DNA of 64,000 nucleotides from the human T2T-CHM13v2.0 reference genome, Homo sapiens, in assembly GCF_009914755.1 (NCBI RefSeq), contig NC_060929.1; one strand, 5' to 3'. This document shows, piece after piece, positions 1 to 15,790 of the stretch. Each line of letters begins with the position of its first letter. The first letter of the stretch is position 1. Position numbers and translations under genes: made by a program. The notes under the pieces are model-generated. The model worked only from the letters and a program-made list of their open reading frames with translations. It was not told the DNA's origin and made no database searches.

Positions 1-113
1 GCTACTTGGGAGGCTGAGGCAGGAGAATGGTGTGAACCCAGGAGGCAGAGCTTGTAGTGAGCTGAGATCGCACCACTGTACTCCAGCCTGGGTGACAGAG
101 CAAGACTCTGCCT

Positions 114-146
<33 letters not shown>
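1..146 (+). mobile_element. Alu right arm with poly(A) tail (AluY-like), cut by window edge
   Basis: gagaatggtgtgaacccaggaggcagagcttg...gcctc followed by ~30 A. Confidence 0.95.
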
Positions 147-147
<1 letters not shown>

Positions 148-376
148 ATAATGATGAAACAATATTGTAGTACGTGTTGTGTATTATAATAATAATCCCT
201 CTGTTCTTTCTCAAAAATATCCCACTCTGATCAGGGTGTTTGTCTCCACTATTCCACATGAACTTCTCCTGACTAAATCACATGACCACTCTGTTGTCAA
301 GCCTAATGACTATTTCTCACTGGTAAGGTGACCAACTGTTGCAGTTGGCTTAGAGGTTTCTTAGGACAAGGGACTT

Positions 377-1029
<653 letters not shown>

Positions 1030-1031
1030 GA

Positions 1032-1448
<417 letters not shown>

Positions 1449-1459
1449 TATTCCTTTCT

Positions 1460-2070
1460 TCTTAAACAACATTCTTGTCTTCCAGGACACCAGTCTCCCT
1501 TGGTTCTCTACCTCCCTCTCTGGCCACTTTGTCACAGTCTCCTTTGCTGGTTCTGTGCATCTGCCTGACCTCTGAATGTTGGCATGCCCCAGGGTTCTCT
1601 GGCCTCAGTCCTCTTCTCATCTTTCTTTACTTCCAAGTCTTTAAATAGCACATATGTATTGATGATTTGCAGATTTCTATCTCCAGCCCAGACTTCTCAC
1701 CTGGATGAGAGACTGTCACTTCAACTGATGATTTGGCATCTTCACTTGAAAGTTTTAAAGACATCTCAAACGTGGTAGTTCAAAACCAAACTCCTGATCC
1801 TTCCCCAAAAACCTTCTCTTCTTATAGCTCTCCTTGTGATAATAGATGACAACTTCATGCTTCTATCTGCTTGGAGGAAAAACTTTGGGCTCATCTTTGA
1901 CTCCTGCATCATATGCCCCACATGCAATCCATCAGCAAATCTGGTTGAGTCTTCTTTCAAAAATTATTCACAATCCAACTACTTCTTACTACCTCCATTG
2001 GCACCATTTCTTGCCTGAATTATTGCAGTACCCTCCTAATTGGTCTTCCTACCCCCATCAGTGATTCTTT
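1460..2070 (+). mobile_element. L2 LINE ORF2 fragment (continues pieces at ~190-322 and ~1085-1140)
   Basis: L2 motifs atctccagcccagacttctc, aaaaccaaactcctgatc, caatccatcagcaaatc, ctcctaattggtcttcct. Confidence 0.8.
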
Positions 2071-2709
2071 CCACCATGCTAAAATGCTGTGATTTTTACA
2101 TCCTTATATTAAAGCTTGAGAAATGGTAAGAATCCCATTTTAACAGATACGTGAAAGTACTTTCCCTATGAATCTACATGAGTGGAATATATTAGGTCAC
2201 CAGCATACATTGACTCTATTTTAACTTTTGATTTTACAAAGAGTTCACCTTACGTTATGTCTAGAGGTCTATAATTAAAAGATTGAGTTGTCTAGGGCTG
2301 TGAAATACTTTTTCCACATTTCTCCATTTTTTTAAAAAAAAGCTGTATTTTACATGAAACAAATAGTTTGGTTACTGTCATTTTAATCCTGTTTATATTG
2401 ACACAAAGTTTAAATATTTTTAGAGTATTTTATCCACTTGAATTAAAATGCATGAATGTATTTTTATGAAGAAGCCCAAGAATATGAGTGAAACACTGCT
2501 TAGTTGGACTTAATTCAATGTACCCATTCCATGAAGCCAAATTTCTGGGGGTGAGTATGCATAAACATAATAACTAGTCTTACATTTTAGTTCTTCAGTG
2601 TTAACAGTACTTCTCACAAATTGATTTCTAAATTGTCCAAGCAAATCACTCATCTTCGGCATCACACCATAGTCTTTATTTTAGAAGCCTTTTTAAAAAG
2701 GCAATCCTA

Positions 2710-3048
<339 letters not shown>

Positions 3049-5833
3049 CTAACACACTTGTTTCCTTGCTATGACAAAAAATATGTTTCCACTATGTTTC
3101 CCTAGAAGCTTTCCAGCAAACACAACCATTATTACTCATAATTCTCAATAATCAATAAAATATTGGCCAAGCACTTTATTACTAAGATTACACACAATGA
3201 GGCATGGAAAATGTTATCTGTGGTTTATCCACCAAGAGTCTTAATGGAATACCTGCTGGAACCACAAAACCGTGCTGAAGACTATAGAGACACACAGATT
3301 TCCCTTCTCCTAAAGCCTTGCTGAATTGCTCTGCAAAGTGAAAAGCTGAGTCAATCCTCTGAAAAATCAGTGGGGAAAGAGCAGCTCCTTGAGGCAGGCT
3401 GTATCTTATATACTGGCCTCCTCCATCTGGTGAGGAGAAGGCATTCCTGGGAGAGGGAGTACTACCTGGTCCCTCCCTCTGCAGATGGGGAGCAGACTGT
3501 GCCTTGCCAATTCCATTTCTGTTCATTCTGATTCCCTGAAGTCATGACTTGTATCTAGACACAGTTCCTTCAGCTCCCGTTCAGAAAATTGTTGCTAAAT
3601 CTTCCAAGGCTGCTGCAATATTTGTGAGCTCTTTCATCATGTCAAAGGACTTCCACCAATCCCTCACTGACTGCTGAACTATACCTTGTGTTTCTTCAAC
3701 CATATCCTCAAAGGAGCATGAGCTGCAGTAAAACTCATAATGCGGTCCAGTGTGATCTTTTGCCTTTGTTTCTTTGAAACAGCCCTCTTAATAACACTGC
3801 CTCACACAGTCTACCCAGGATAACCTGCAGGACTCGTTGGCTGACAGCATGTGCAGAATGGTGAGCTACTGCTCATTGCTCACTATGCTGCTGTCACTGG
3901 CTAATAGCATATGTGCATGGGAAATACATATATTAACTGTGAATGCTAATAAATTACATATAGATTCTAACTGTTTTCTGATTTTCCTTGTCCATCCCTC
4001 TCAGTACTTGAAGGGCTACTCACCTATTAAATTTGTTAATTGGAAGAAATGTCTGAAGATCCCCACAAGGCAAGTTTATTCAATTTAACTTTTCTAACTT
4101 GGTTCAGATTCACCATATAAATGCTCCATGTTTTACTTCACTTTGTCTCTGTTAAAACAGTCTCCACAACCAAGTTGAGCAGAAGAGTTAGAAACTGTTT
4201 CAGATATTCCTTTAGCTCACACACACCTTTGCCAGAAAAATTACCTTTCCAGAATTTCCAAAATTAAGATCTCATTGTAAACACTTAATCATTTCACTAC
4301 TGGACACCCTCATTCAGAGAGGAGCTGTCATTCAATTTAGTTTGTTTCAAGTGATTTTCTGTACTTCGGATGGAAGAAATAATGGTTGTTTTTTGTCCAC
4401 CAGGTTTCTATTCTCTCTTCCTAATCAACAGCCTGATTCCTTTGGGGGAATTACCTCTTCCCCTTCTGTGTAGTTTTGGTGAGACTATACCTATCTCCTA
4501 TCACAGAAACTGAGAGATTAGATCTTTTCCCTCTCATTGTGTTAATATAGCCATTGGCCTGCCTGTGATAAGAGCTCAACCAATAGGTTCCCCTATCAAG
4601 ACTTTAAATTTTGAGTGACCCAAAGGTTACAGCTTTGTCTTTTTCAGACTGTTCCAGTTATGGCATCATTCCTATGACACAGGCCTCCTCACTCTGCAGC
4701 AGTCTTGGTTTCTGCCTATCCCACAGCACAAAATGAAGCAATAAATTTATTTATTTATTGAGCATGTCATAGGTGGTAAACATTGTTCTAGCCCTGACTC
4801 ACCAAGACAATTGAGGAAAACATATTTATAACTCCAAACACACCTCTTTGGCCTGCAGGAGATGGCTCAGTAAGCTACTAAATTATTGCAGCAACTGTAT
4901 ATGTTTTCATTAAATCTGCAGATAAATGATCAGGCATGTATCCGGCGTTGTTCCACTGGCACTGCTGTGGACTAAACAATGGCCAGTGTTCTGATGTGAA
5001 TCATTTGAATAGTTTTCAACCCACTTGACTATTCTGGGCTTTATTTGTCAGTTAAACAAATAAACCCAGAGCTTTTGTTTTTATTAGCCGGCTTGAACTA
5101 CTGTGGCCCAGTTGAGACAGTACTACTTTCATTGCATTGCATCGCATCTCAGCAGGCCTGCTTAAAAGCCTTTGGTGGGCTGGGATTTCCCTTTCCTTCT
5201 CAGAACTGGTTTGATCAAAAGCTTCCCATTTAATCTGTCCTTTAGAGCCATCTATGGGAATGAAAAATGCTCCTGGTTGTGCTGATGCGAAAAGAGTGAC
5301 AGCTAACCTCGGATTGGGACTACCTAGATTGAGGCACCTGTGCCAGGGAGGAAAGAACGTCACCCACCAGGAGAGCAGAGCAGAAGGCATGAGAGAGAGG
5401 TGGGCAGGGAGGGGACCGCAGGGTGGGCACAGCCAGTGCCTGGGCTGCCACTTTGATGAGGTGTGATCCCTGAGAAACCCTTGCACTTGTTGCTCTTAGT
5501 GGTATGTGTTCCACACAGGTGGCCTGAGGGAAGTGCTTGTGGTGTCCTCCTGAGGAGCGGGACAGGCAGAAGAAGGGAAACTGAGGTATCCTCAGGAGCC
5601 CCCTCATAAAGACATCTCTTTACCCCAAGGCCTTGTCCTGTGACCGCAGAAATGACAGCAGCAAAAAGGAACAGAGTGTCCAAGCTGACATTTTGCCAAG
5701 CCTTATTCAGCGGCCAGTCTCCTAAACGAGCCTCCCCGCTGATTTCCAACAGTTGAAGAATCTGGCTTCCACAGGGAACAGCTCTCATGAGCAGTGGTGC
5801 TGGAGACAGGTAATTTGAGGTCTCTATTTAGAT

Positions 5834-6173
5834 CACTGGTCCTCAACCATTTTGGCACCAGGGACGGGTTTCGTGGAAGACAGTTTTTCCGCGGACAGGG
5901 GGCAGGGTGGTTTCAGGATGAAACTGTTCCATCTCAGATCATCAGGCATTAGTTAGATTCTCATAAGGAGCAGGCAACCCAGATCCCTAGATTGCATGCG
6001 CAGTTCACAACAGGGTTTGCCCTCCTGTGAGAATCGAACAACGCAGGTGATCTGACAGAGGGTGGAGCTCAGGCAGTAATGCTCGCTCACCTGCCGCTCA
6101 CCTCCTGCTGTGCAGCTTGGTTCCTAACAGGCCATGGACTGCCAGTCTGTGGCCCAGGGTTTGGAGACCCCTG
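5834..6173 (+). mobile_element. MER1B-like hAT-Charlie DNA transposon, full length
   Basis: Ends cactggtcctcaacc...tttggagacccctg; perfect 8-bp TSD atttagat at 5826-5833 and 6174-6181. Confidence 0.92.
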
Positions 6174-6440
6174 ATTTAGATCACCCAAGCCCACAAGACC
6201 AACACACAGCCTAGGCACAAAAAGGAATGTTTAGAACTGAATTCCCCCCATTTGAGTCTTGAAGATAGATGCTCACTGAAGTGGAGAGACGTGGCTGGAA
6301 GGTAGAAAAAAAGGTGAAAGAGCCAATCGATCAGTCCAAAATGCAGGTCTGTTGTGTTCAAGTATTTGAATGAGGTTCTCAGTTGGCTCAAGGAGGACAG
6401 AAAGAAGGAAATAAGACTGCTGCTTCCCAGTGACTTATTC

Positions 6441-6980
6441 TTTTTTTTTTTAATTGAGAAAATTCACATAACATAAAATTCACCATTTGGAAGTGTACAG
6501 TTCAGTGGTTTTTAGTATATTCACCATGTCGTATAGCTATCACCACTATGTAATTCCAGAACTTTCCATCACCCCTAAAAAGAAGCCCCATACCCATCAG
6601 CAGTCACTCTCCCTTCTCTCTTCCGCTAGCTGCCATCAACCATTAACCTACTTTCTGTCTCTATGAATTTGCCTATTTAGACATTTCATATGAATGAAAT
6701 CATATAACACATGACCGTCTTTGTCTTCTTTCAGTCGGCATAATATTTTCAAGGTTCATTCATGTATCAGTACTTCATTCCTTCTTATGGCTGAATAGTA
6801 TTCCATTGTATGGACGTACTGCATTTTGTTTGTCCATCATCAGTTGATGGACATGTAGATTGTTTCTACTTTTTGGCTCTTATGAATAACAGCACTGTGG
6901 ATGTTTATGTGCAAGTCTTTGTGTGCAGATATTTTCACTTCTCTTGGGTATAGACCTAGAAGTGGAATTGCCAGGTCAGA
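6441..6980 (-). mobile_element. L1MB-type LINE 3' end
   Basis: T-tail then aaattcacataacataaaattcacc...gtgtacagttcagtgg; ORF2 C-terminal AIPLLGLYP motif on minus strand. Confidence 0.88.
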
Positions 6981-7373
6981 GACTTCATTATTTCTTGAAA
7001 TTCTGGTCCTCGGTGCAGAAGTATGGGACAAAATAACCACAATGCTGTGCTTCTTGCCACATTCTTGAATATGAAGCTCTAGGCTCAGAAATGCCATGTG
7101 ATTTGACATGAGGCCTTGGTGCCTGCAGGAATGTGGTTGGAACCACATACTCCCTGGAAAAAGGAAGTAGAATGTGATGTGGTAAAGGAAGCCAGGCCAG
7201 AGTCAGAGGATCTTGCAGGGAGCACCCACTACCCCCTTCTTTATCCCAGCTACTCCTGTGCATGAGCCTGGGGTCCCTCCACATTCTATCCACTGCTGTC
7301 CTTCCCAGAAGCACCAAAATATTGGTCAGGTAGTCAAATAAATAGATGGAAAGAGTTAATAAGATATTTTTAA

Positions 7374-8555
<1,182 letters not shown>

Positions 8556-11193
8556 TAATTTTTGTATTTTTTGTAGAGATAGGTTTTGCCATGTTGGTCA
8601 GGGTGGTCTCAAACTCCCGACCTCAAGTGATCTGCCTGCCTCAGCCTCCCAAAGTGCTGGGATCACAGGCATGAGGCACCGCGCCTGGCCAATTTTTGTT
8701 AAATTCTTTATCCCTTCATCCATGTGTTCTGTGGTGAGAGCCAGAGAATGACTGGGCTGGACTCCCTGCTAACAATCTGCCTTGGCCTAGTCTCATGTCC
8801 AGGTTTTCCTTCTGAGACAAAGAGATTTAGTGACAGTGCTTGCAGCTCCTGGCATAATGCACACTATGACGTTTCTGAATGAATGTGCTACTCTGTGGCC
8901 TTCCTCTTCATTCCCTCTGTAAACTGCTACCCTAGCAGAGCGGCCAGAAGAGAAGGCAGACTTTTCCTCTAATACAAGTTTTTACTTTATGTTCCTCTTA
9001 TCACATCAATTCCATAGGTACTGTTGCAATAGTTCAAATGGATCCTCACCCTAAAGGTGTAGTTGCTAAGGAAACCCAAAGGATGCCAATGGAGGTTGTC
9101 TTTTCATTTTGTTGTATTAAGCTTGAAATGTTTCTAAAGTTAATTTTTAAATATTTTTAAAGGAGAGTCTGCATACTACTAGCTATTAAGACAGATATCT
9201 GGGAGCAATGTGTCCTAAGCTGCCCCCTAAACCTGTGTAGACCTAGCCTAGGTGGTCCATGCTGCTGGCAGGTAGGAAGGCCCTGTGTCTGCTCACAAGA
9301 CAACCCAGTTTAATCCCATTTTTCAATGCCTACTGTAAGTGGTGGGAGCTCTGCTAAGACAAGGGGACACAAAAATGAATAAGACACAGTTGCACAGTTC
9401 CAGAAATATGTGAAGGAAGCTGGAATATTGGGCAAAAGGGAAAAGTTGAAGGTTTATGAGGGAAAAGGGAGGACAGTAGCCTGTATGGGGTCTTTTGCTT
9501 CATCAAGTCCATTGAGGCTTGAAAGCCAGTGAACCACGACATGGAGATTCCTTCTCCCTCGGCCATGAAGCAGAGGGGTGGTGGAGTTCTCTAGACCTAA
9601 GAAGTCCACTTGGGCCTTTCCTTGTGGCCTCAGACTCAGCAGGGAGTTCCCTCTCTAGACACTACTGAGATAGCAAACTCTAGATAATTCTCATGGTGGA
9701 ATTATTTGCTTGGAAAGCAAAAAGATGCTAGGGGCTTCGGCTTCGGCAAAGTTATTTTTGCTACTGCTTCTTTTAGAAATGTGTATATTTTCGTATTATT
9801 TAAATCAAGTTAATTCTTATAGTCTATGATAAGTACATTCCCTTCCAATTTTAAGGGCATTAACAACCCAAATATTTATACTGATACACTTAATTAAGGA
9901 GGGTGCGGGGGTGGGGACAGTAGAAACAGCTATAAAAGCTGCTCCCTTATGGCCCTGTAGCAGAAAGAGGGTAGGGCCATGCTAGAGGGAGTCACCCCAG
10001 CACACTGCAGTCTGGAGGGGTTTCTTCCACTAGGCACTGGGATTCCAGCAATTTTTTCAGATACTTGTCAAGTGCTCTGAAGTCTTTCAGTCACACAGTT
10101 GTACCAGGAGTCAGCATTAGTCACATCCGCTGGTGATCTGGCAAATGCGTATGATAATAAGCACTGATTATCAGGGAAAAGGGGTTTCCTGACACAGTCA
10201 CTCAGTCAGTGATTGTGTCTTTGGAGAAATGTTCTGTTTCCTTTGAGGTACTTTATCTGAAACCACCTTGTAAACATGAACCTTCTTGCTATTGCCCTGA
10301 AGTGAGCAACCTTATTTAAGGAAACGAAAAACTTCTCCCAGTGCCGGAGGGTGGACTGGGAAGCAGGTCTAGACATTCATTCTTTGCCTGACCTCTCAAA
10401 ACCATGTTTGCTTGCTTCAGCCCTCATCTTCCCCTTGGAAGATAGGCGAGCCGAGGCAGCATCCACAGCAGGCTTTCAGCGCTTAAAATGTTAACTCACG
10501 TTTTTTCCAAAGTGTGTTTCTGGTTAGTTTAAAGAAGGATAAACAAAATTTAATAGCTGGCAATGAATCACATTTTTTTTCTCCCTAAACGCTATTTGGA
10601 TCCACTCAAACGGCTGTCATTCTACTTTTGTACAAATAAATAAACCTACTTTTCTTTTGTGCATTTTTCTCTGTCCTGCATTTCCTAAAATACAATTTGT
10701 TTGACGGATGAGTCAAGCAGTTCTGAGGTTTGCTTTTGGCTCTGTAGGCAACTAGGTTGTTTTCTCATCATAATTCAATGGGACAAGGTTATCACCCTTA
10801 CAAACACTAACACCTCATTTAGAACCAGAAGCACCCCCCCAAGAAGGAAGCAATTGTTAATGTTCTCGATATAAGTTTCAGTTGCTACATGTGAAGTTTC
10901 CTCATATACACATCTCTGCCCTGCCCTTTCCCTTTGGTTATGCTGGGTATATGCTGTGCACACAGACATTCTGAAGTGAAATTATAGGAAGATGGAAAGT
11001 AAACTTCAAAGAATGTACAGAGGAAGGCCCATCATCCACATAGACTTGGGCACTACAAGCAATAACCTAACAAGCAGAGACAAACCTCACTAGCATCTGA
11101 AAGCAACATTAACCTAGAAAGTATTTTTTTTTCTGAAATGCAAAACACATCACCATAGATTTTCTAAAAGACAAAGACCCGTAAAATAGCTGA

Positions 11194-11370
<177 letters not shown>

Positions 11371-12225
11371 TAATCGTACTGGAGTAAAACTAAAATATTC
11401 TCCAAATAGACATTTCATTTTGTTTCAACTCCCTGGTTAAACAGAGAAGTATCTTTTAAGTAATTGCCCATTGTACTTATAGGTGAGGGAGGTCTGTAAA
11501 AATGTAAGTTGAAGGTCTTGTTAAAGTTCTCCTCACTAATGCAGAGACTCTCTGAGCCTGTTCCAAATCCTTTGTTAGTGCTTCTCATATTCAGAAGTGT
11601 TGCCTAGGAAAAAGGCAGGAGGGTCCAAGAAGGGAGAGAACCCAGAACCCAGAAGTGGGCTCATGTTTCTGCTTGTCCTCAGCTGGGTGGTTGGGGAAAG
11701 AAGAGGGAGAAGCAGGTTTCCACCTGAGAGTTATCTTCCGTCCCTCCTCTCCCCATCTCAACCAGCCAAGCTCAAGCTCAACCACAAAGCCTTGAAGCAA
11801 CATGGCACAGTCTGGAGATTCTCCCCACCACAGTATTTTAGATTTTTTTTCTATCATAGTACTATTTAAATCTGCCTTTCAGTACTTATCATATCATATT
11901 GCGATAATCTGTTTACAAGCCTATAATTATCCTGAGGATAGGCACCTTACCATCTTTGGAGCTCCCAGTATCCAACTCAGAGCATATTAGATAACCAATA
12001 AATGAATAAATGAGTAAAAAAATATGAAAAAGCATTGATTAATAATCAGTTTCCTTTCCTAATGTTCATTTATCCATCATACATAATAAAATATATAATT
12101 TATAAAGTAATGTTGAGCATGATTAAGTTTTATGAAATTTTGAAAATAGCCTTAGGGGAATTAATCATTATGTCCACAGGGTCCTGGGGTCCAGGAAACC
12201 CAGACTGGGAAGTATTGGCCTAGAC

Positions 12226-12372
12226 CAATGGTTCTCAAACTTGAGTATGCATTAGATTATCTGGAGGGCTTATTAGAACACATCAGTGGGCCCCTTCCCT
12301 AGAGGTACTGATCCATAGGCCTGGGGTGATGCTGATGCTTCTTGTCTGGGGCCCACGCTTTGAGAAAGATTG
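12226..12372. mobile_element. MER5A-like hAT MITE, internally deleted
   Basis: TIR-like ends caatggttctcaaactt...ctttgagaaagattg. Confidence 0.8.
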
Positions 12373-12773
12373 ATCTAAGAGGATAAGCAGGGGCAATGGA
12401 TGATGAGTCTGTGGTTTTTCTTCTGGCTCTGCCATCAACTAAGTGGTATGACCTTCAATACACTATCCATTTCATAGCACCCTATGGAGATGGGGAATGA
12501 CAATGGCTCCTTACATCCACAAAGTACTTTAAGCCACACACTCTGGATCACTTACATGAACACAATTTTCTCAACTTTCTTCATGGGTATATAGGATAAA
12601 TGTAAGAAAAGAAATATGATGATGCTTTGGAAAATCAGAAGTACCATAGAAACATGCTGTTTTATCATCATATTCTTTTTGGTCTTCTCTTCTTTGCCCT
12701 TCTCAATCCAAAATGGCAGATCCTAACGTTGTGTTGGGCTTAACCCACTGGTGTCTTCCTGAGTTGGACTTCT

Positions 12774-13076
<303 letters not shown>

Positions 13077-15339
13077 TGGGTTGGACTTCTGAGTGTAGAA
13101 CTACTGATGTTAATTTAAGGAAACAACACTCTGGTTAGAAAACATGAAAAATGGCTGAAAAGTCTTATGTTGGGGGGTTTGCATCGTGGAGGATTTTCTG
13201 GGCATTCTACTAAGCTGAAGCAGAAGGACTGGCATCTGTTCAGTATCTGTGCTTGTGTCTCTACCCACTGATACCACAACCACCAGGCTTGTTTCCTGGG
13301 GATCTGTGCACTCAGATGGCCTGGCTGCTGGCAGCACCAACTCCAACATTAATCAACTTGACATCTGGAAGCAACCTGAGGCCCTCCTCAATCTGATTGC
13401 CACAAATGCCTTTACTTTCAGCTGTCAGCAAAGAGCTTATTCGGTTTAGGGTGCCAGGTCTACATCACACCATCCTCATGGAGGGCTGTACGATGTATTA
13501 ACAAACAACCTGAATAAACTGGGAGTGTGGGCAAGACAAAAATTTCCCTCAGTAATCTGTCAACTCAAACCTACACCCAAAAGGCATTTTGTCTGAAGCA
13601 GCAAAATTACTGTGGTTGGGCAGATCTGGCTAGATTGTGTTCTACATATCCTTGGAGTGCATATTTTGCCCATTTTTGCAAATTACAATCCTCCTTGAGC
13701 TAACTATATAGCATAGCAGCAGCTACTTTTGAAACCCTTCAGTACCCTTTGGTCTGCTGTGGCCAAGACTTCATTCTTTAGCAGTGCTCAGAAAGATGTG
13801 GAAACCTTTCCTGAGGTGAGTTCCAAAGAAGCCCAGGCACTGCTTAGTGGATGGCAATCTACTCATTGCCATTGTTGTGACAGCAGGATGGGACTGTTGT
13901 GGTGGACACCATGTCAGTTATATTCCTTTTTATTTGAGCATTCCATGTATCCTAATATGGAAAGTAAGGCCCAGGACATTATCCAGAAGAGTTGCCTGTC
14001 AGAAATTGCTCTGTGATGTGTCAGGATGAAGCAGGCAATAAGGAATGAAACGTCATCTCATCAAGGAAAAAAAAAATCTGTAGATAACATTGTAAATCAG
14101 CCAGGAGACAAATGTCTGCCTGGGTTGTCACCCACCAGCTCACCGCATTGATTTCTCAAAGCCTAAAATCATACAGAATCCAAACCAGAACGGAAGAGCC
14201 TCCTGGCCTCCCATGTTCACTGATTTAATTTTCCCCTCTGAACACATACAGCCCCTTAATTAGAACATTTACCAACCATAAATACAATTTAAACTCCATA
14301 CATATGTGCCTACACTTGTGGAGAAGCTTGAGCTGAGGTACGGTTTCAATAAAAACAGTCCTGCACTGATTAGAACGTGTAAAGAGGAAATCTGTTTATA
14401 CCACAGTCTACTCAAAACTTGCGTTGGCAGCAACACTCCAGGCTAATAAATGTCAATAGCAAAACTACGTGGAGAGGATAAATTAAACTACCACAATCTG
14501 GAGATTGAGAACTCAATCTAAAATGCTATACCCAACTCATTCTGCTACGTCCAGTCATAAAGGAATATCACAAACTCTTGTCTAAATCTCAGACTCACGA
14601 AGGAGACCTGTTCAATGATACTACTCCTCTTGGTGAATTCAAGTTCACTCCCAAAAGGAAAGGAGTTTTTTTAAGGAAACTGCAGAGTCCTGCAATGTTT
14701 TTGGAAGGCATTAGTATTCACTCTCCATCTCTTAAAATAACAGTGGTATCATTCCAGATTTATAGAAGCATGAAGAATGAGATTATTGAATTAATTAAAA
14801 ACCAACAGAGCATTTAAATTTGTTTGATGCTCCATTTCTCATTTTCTACTGATTTTATAGACACCAGAAATCAAGCACTGTCCATCTACCCACCTACACA
14901 TCTAGGCCAGTAGCAGTCCTATCCTGATCCGTGCATGCCCTCCCGGGTCGAGAGGACCCGGCATCCCCAGCCACACTCAAGAACAAGCAGGAAGAGGAAG
15001 GGTACAAGTAGAAAAGCTGAAGGTGGTGGAAAATCTTGAGTGAAAAAAGAAAACTACATCCAAAGGCAGAGTGAGGTGTGGTGTGGAATAGCCTCCTGAG
15101 AGGCGAAATGGGCCTCACATGAGTCTCTTCCATAGGGGCTCATTAAAGAGGGATCTTAAGGTTGATGCAGGCATAACCAGTGGTACCAGAGAGAGTTACA
15201 GAAAGATCTTCAGGTGATGTGTGCGCATTTTCTTCAGGGTATCTGTGGGATAATTTACATTTATTGAACTGAAGGGAAAGGGAAGGAGCAGCTTGCTTGC
15301 AATAACAATAATAAAAACAACAATGGTAACAGCAGATCT

Positions 15340-15790
15340 GTGTTACATGCCACTGTTCCAAACCATTCACATTTGTTAACTCATTTAATCATAACAACCA
15401 CCACCCTAGGAAGTAGGTATTATTATTATCCCCATTTCACAGATGAAGAAACTGAGGCACAGAAGTGTGGGAACTTCTCAATGTCATACTTCCAACGTCA
15501 TACTGTTGGTAAGTGACAAAGGCAAAGTCAGGCAGCTCACTTGGAGCCGGGCAGCTTCACATGGTTCTCTGCTGCCTTTCTGAATGACCCAGCACATCCA
15601 GCCCTGCTCTAAGTGTTCTGCATAGATTGTAGCTCCTTGCTACAATGCTATGTGACAGGTACTATTATGCTCCCTGTCCTGCAGGTGTGGGCCCTGAGCA
15701 CTGAGAGGTAAGTAAGCATTGATGGTAAGAAGAGCCCAGGCAGGCAGGCCTCAGAGCCCCAGCTGATGACCATCACTCCATACTGCCTCT
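15340..15790 (-). mobile_element. Two MIR SINE remnants
   Basis: MIR core tattattatccccatttcacagatgaagaaactgaggcacaga, and a more degenerate second core at ~15660-15710. Confidence 0.75.

Noticed and set aside
4390-4640. Possible old LTR (MLT1/LTR16-like) fragment
   Set aside because: Too degenerate to assign family or boundaries by eye
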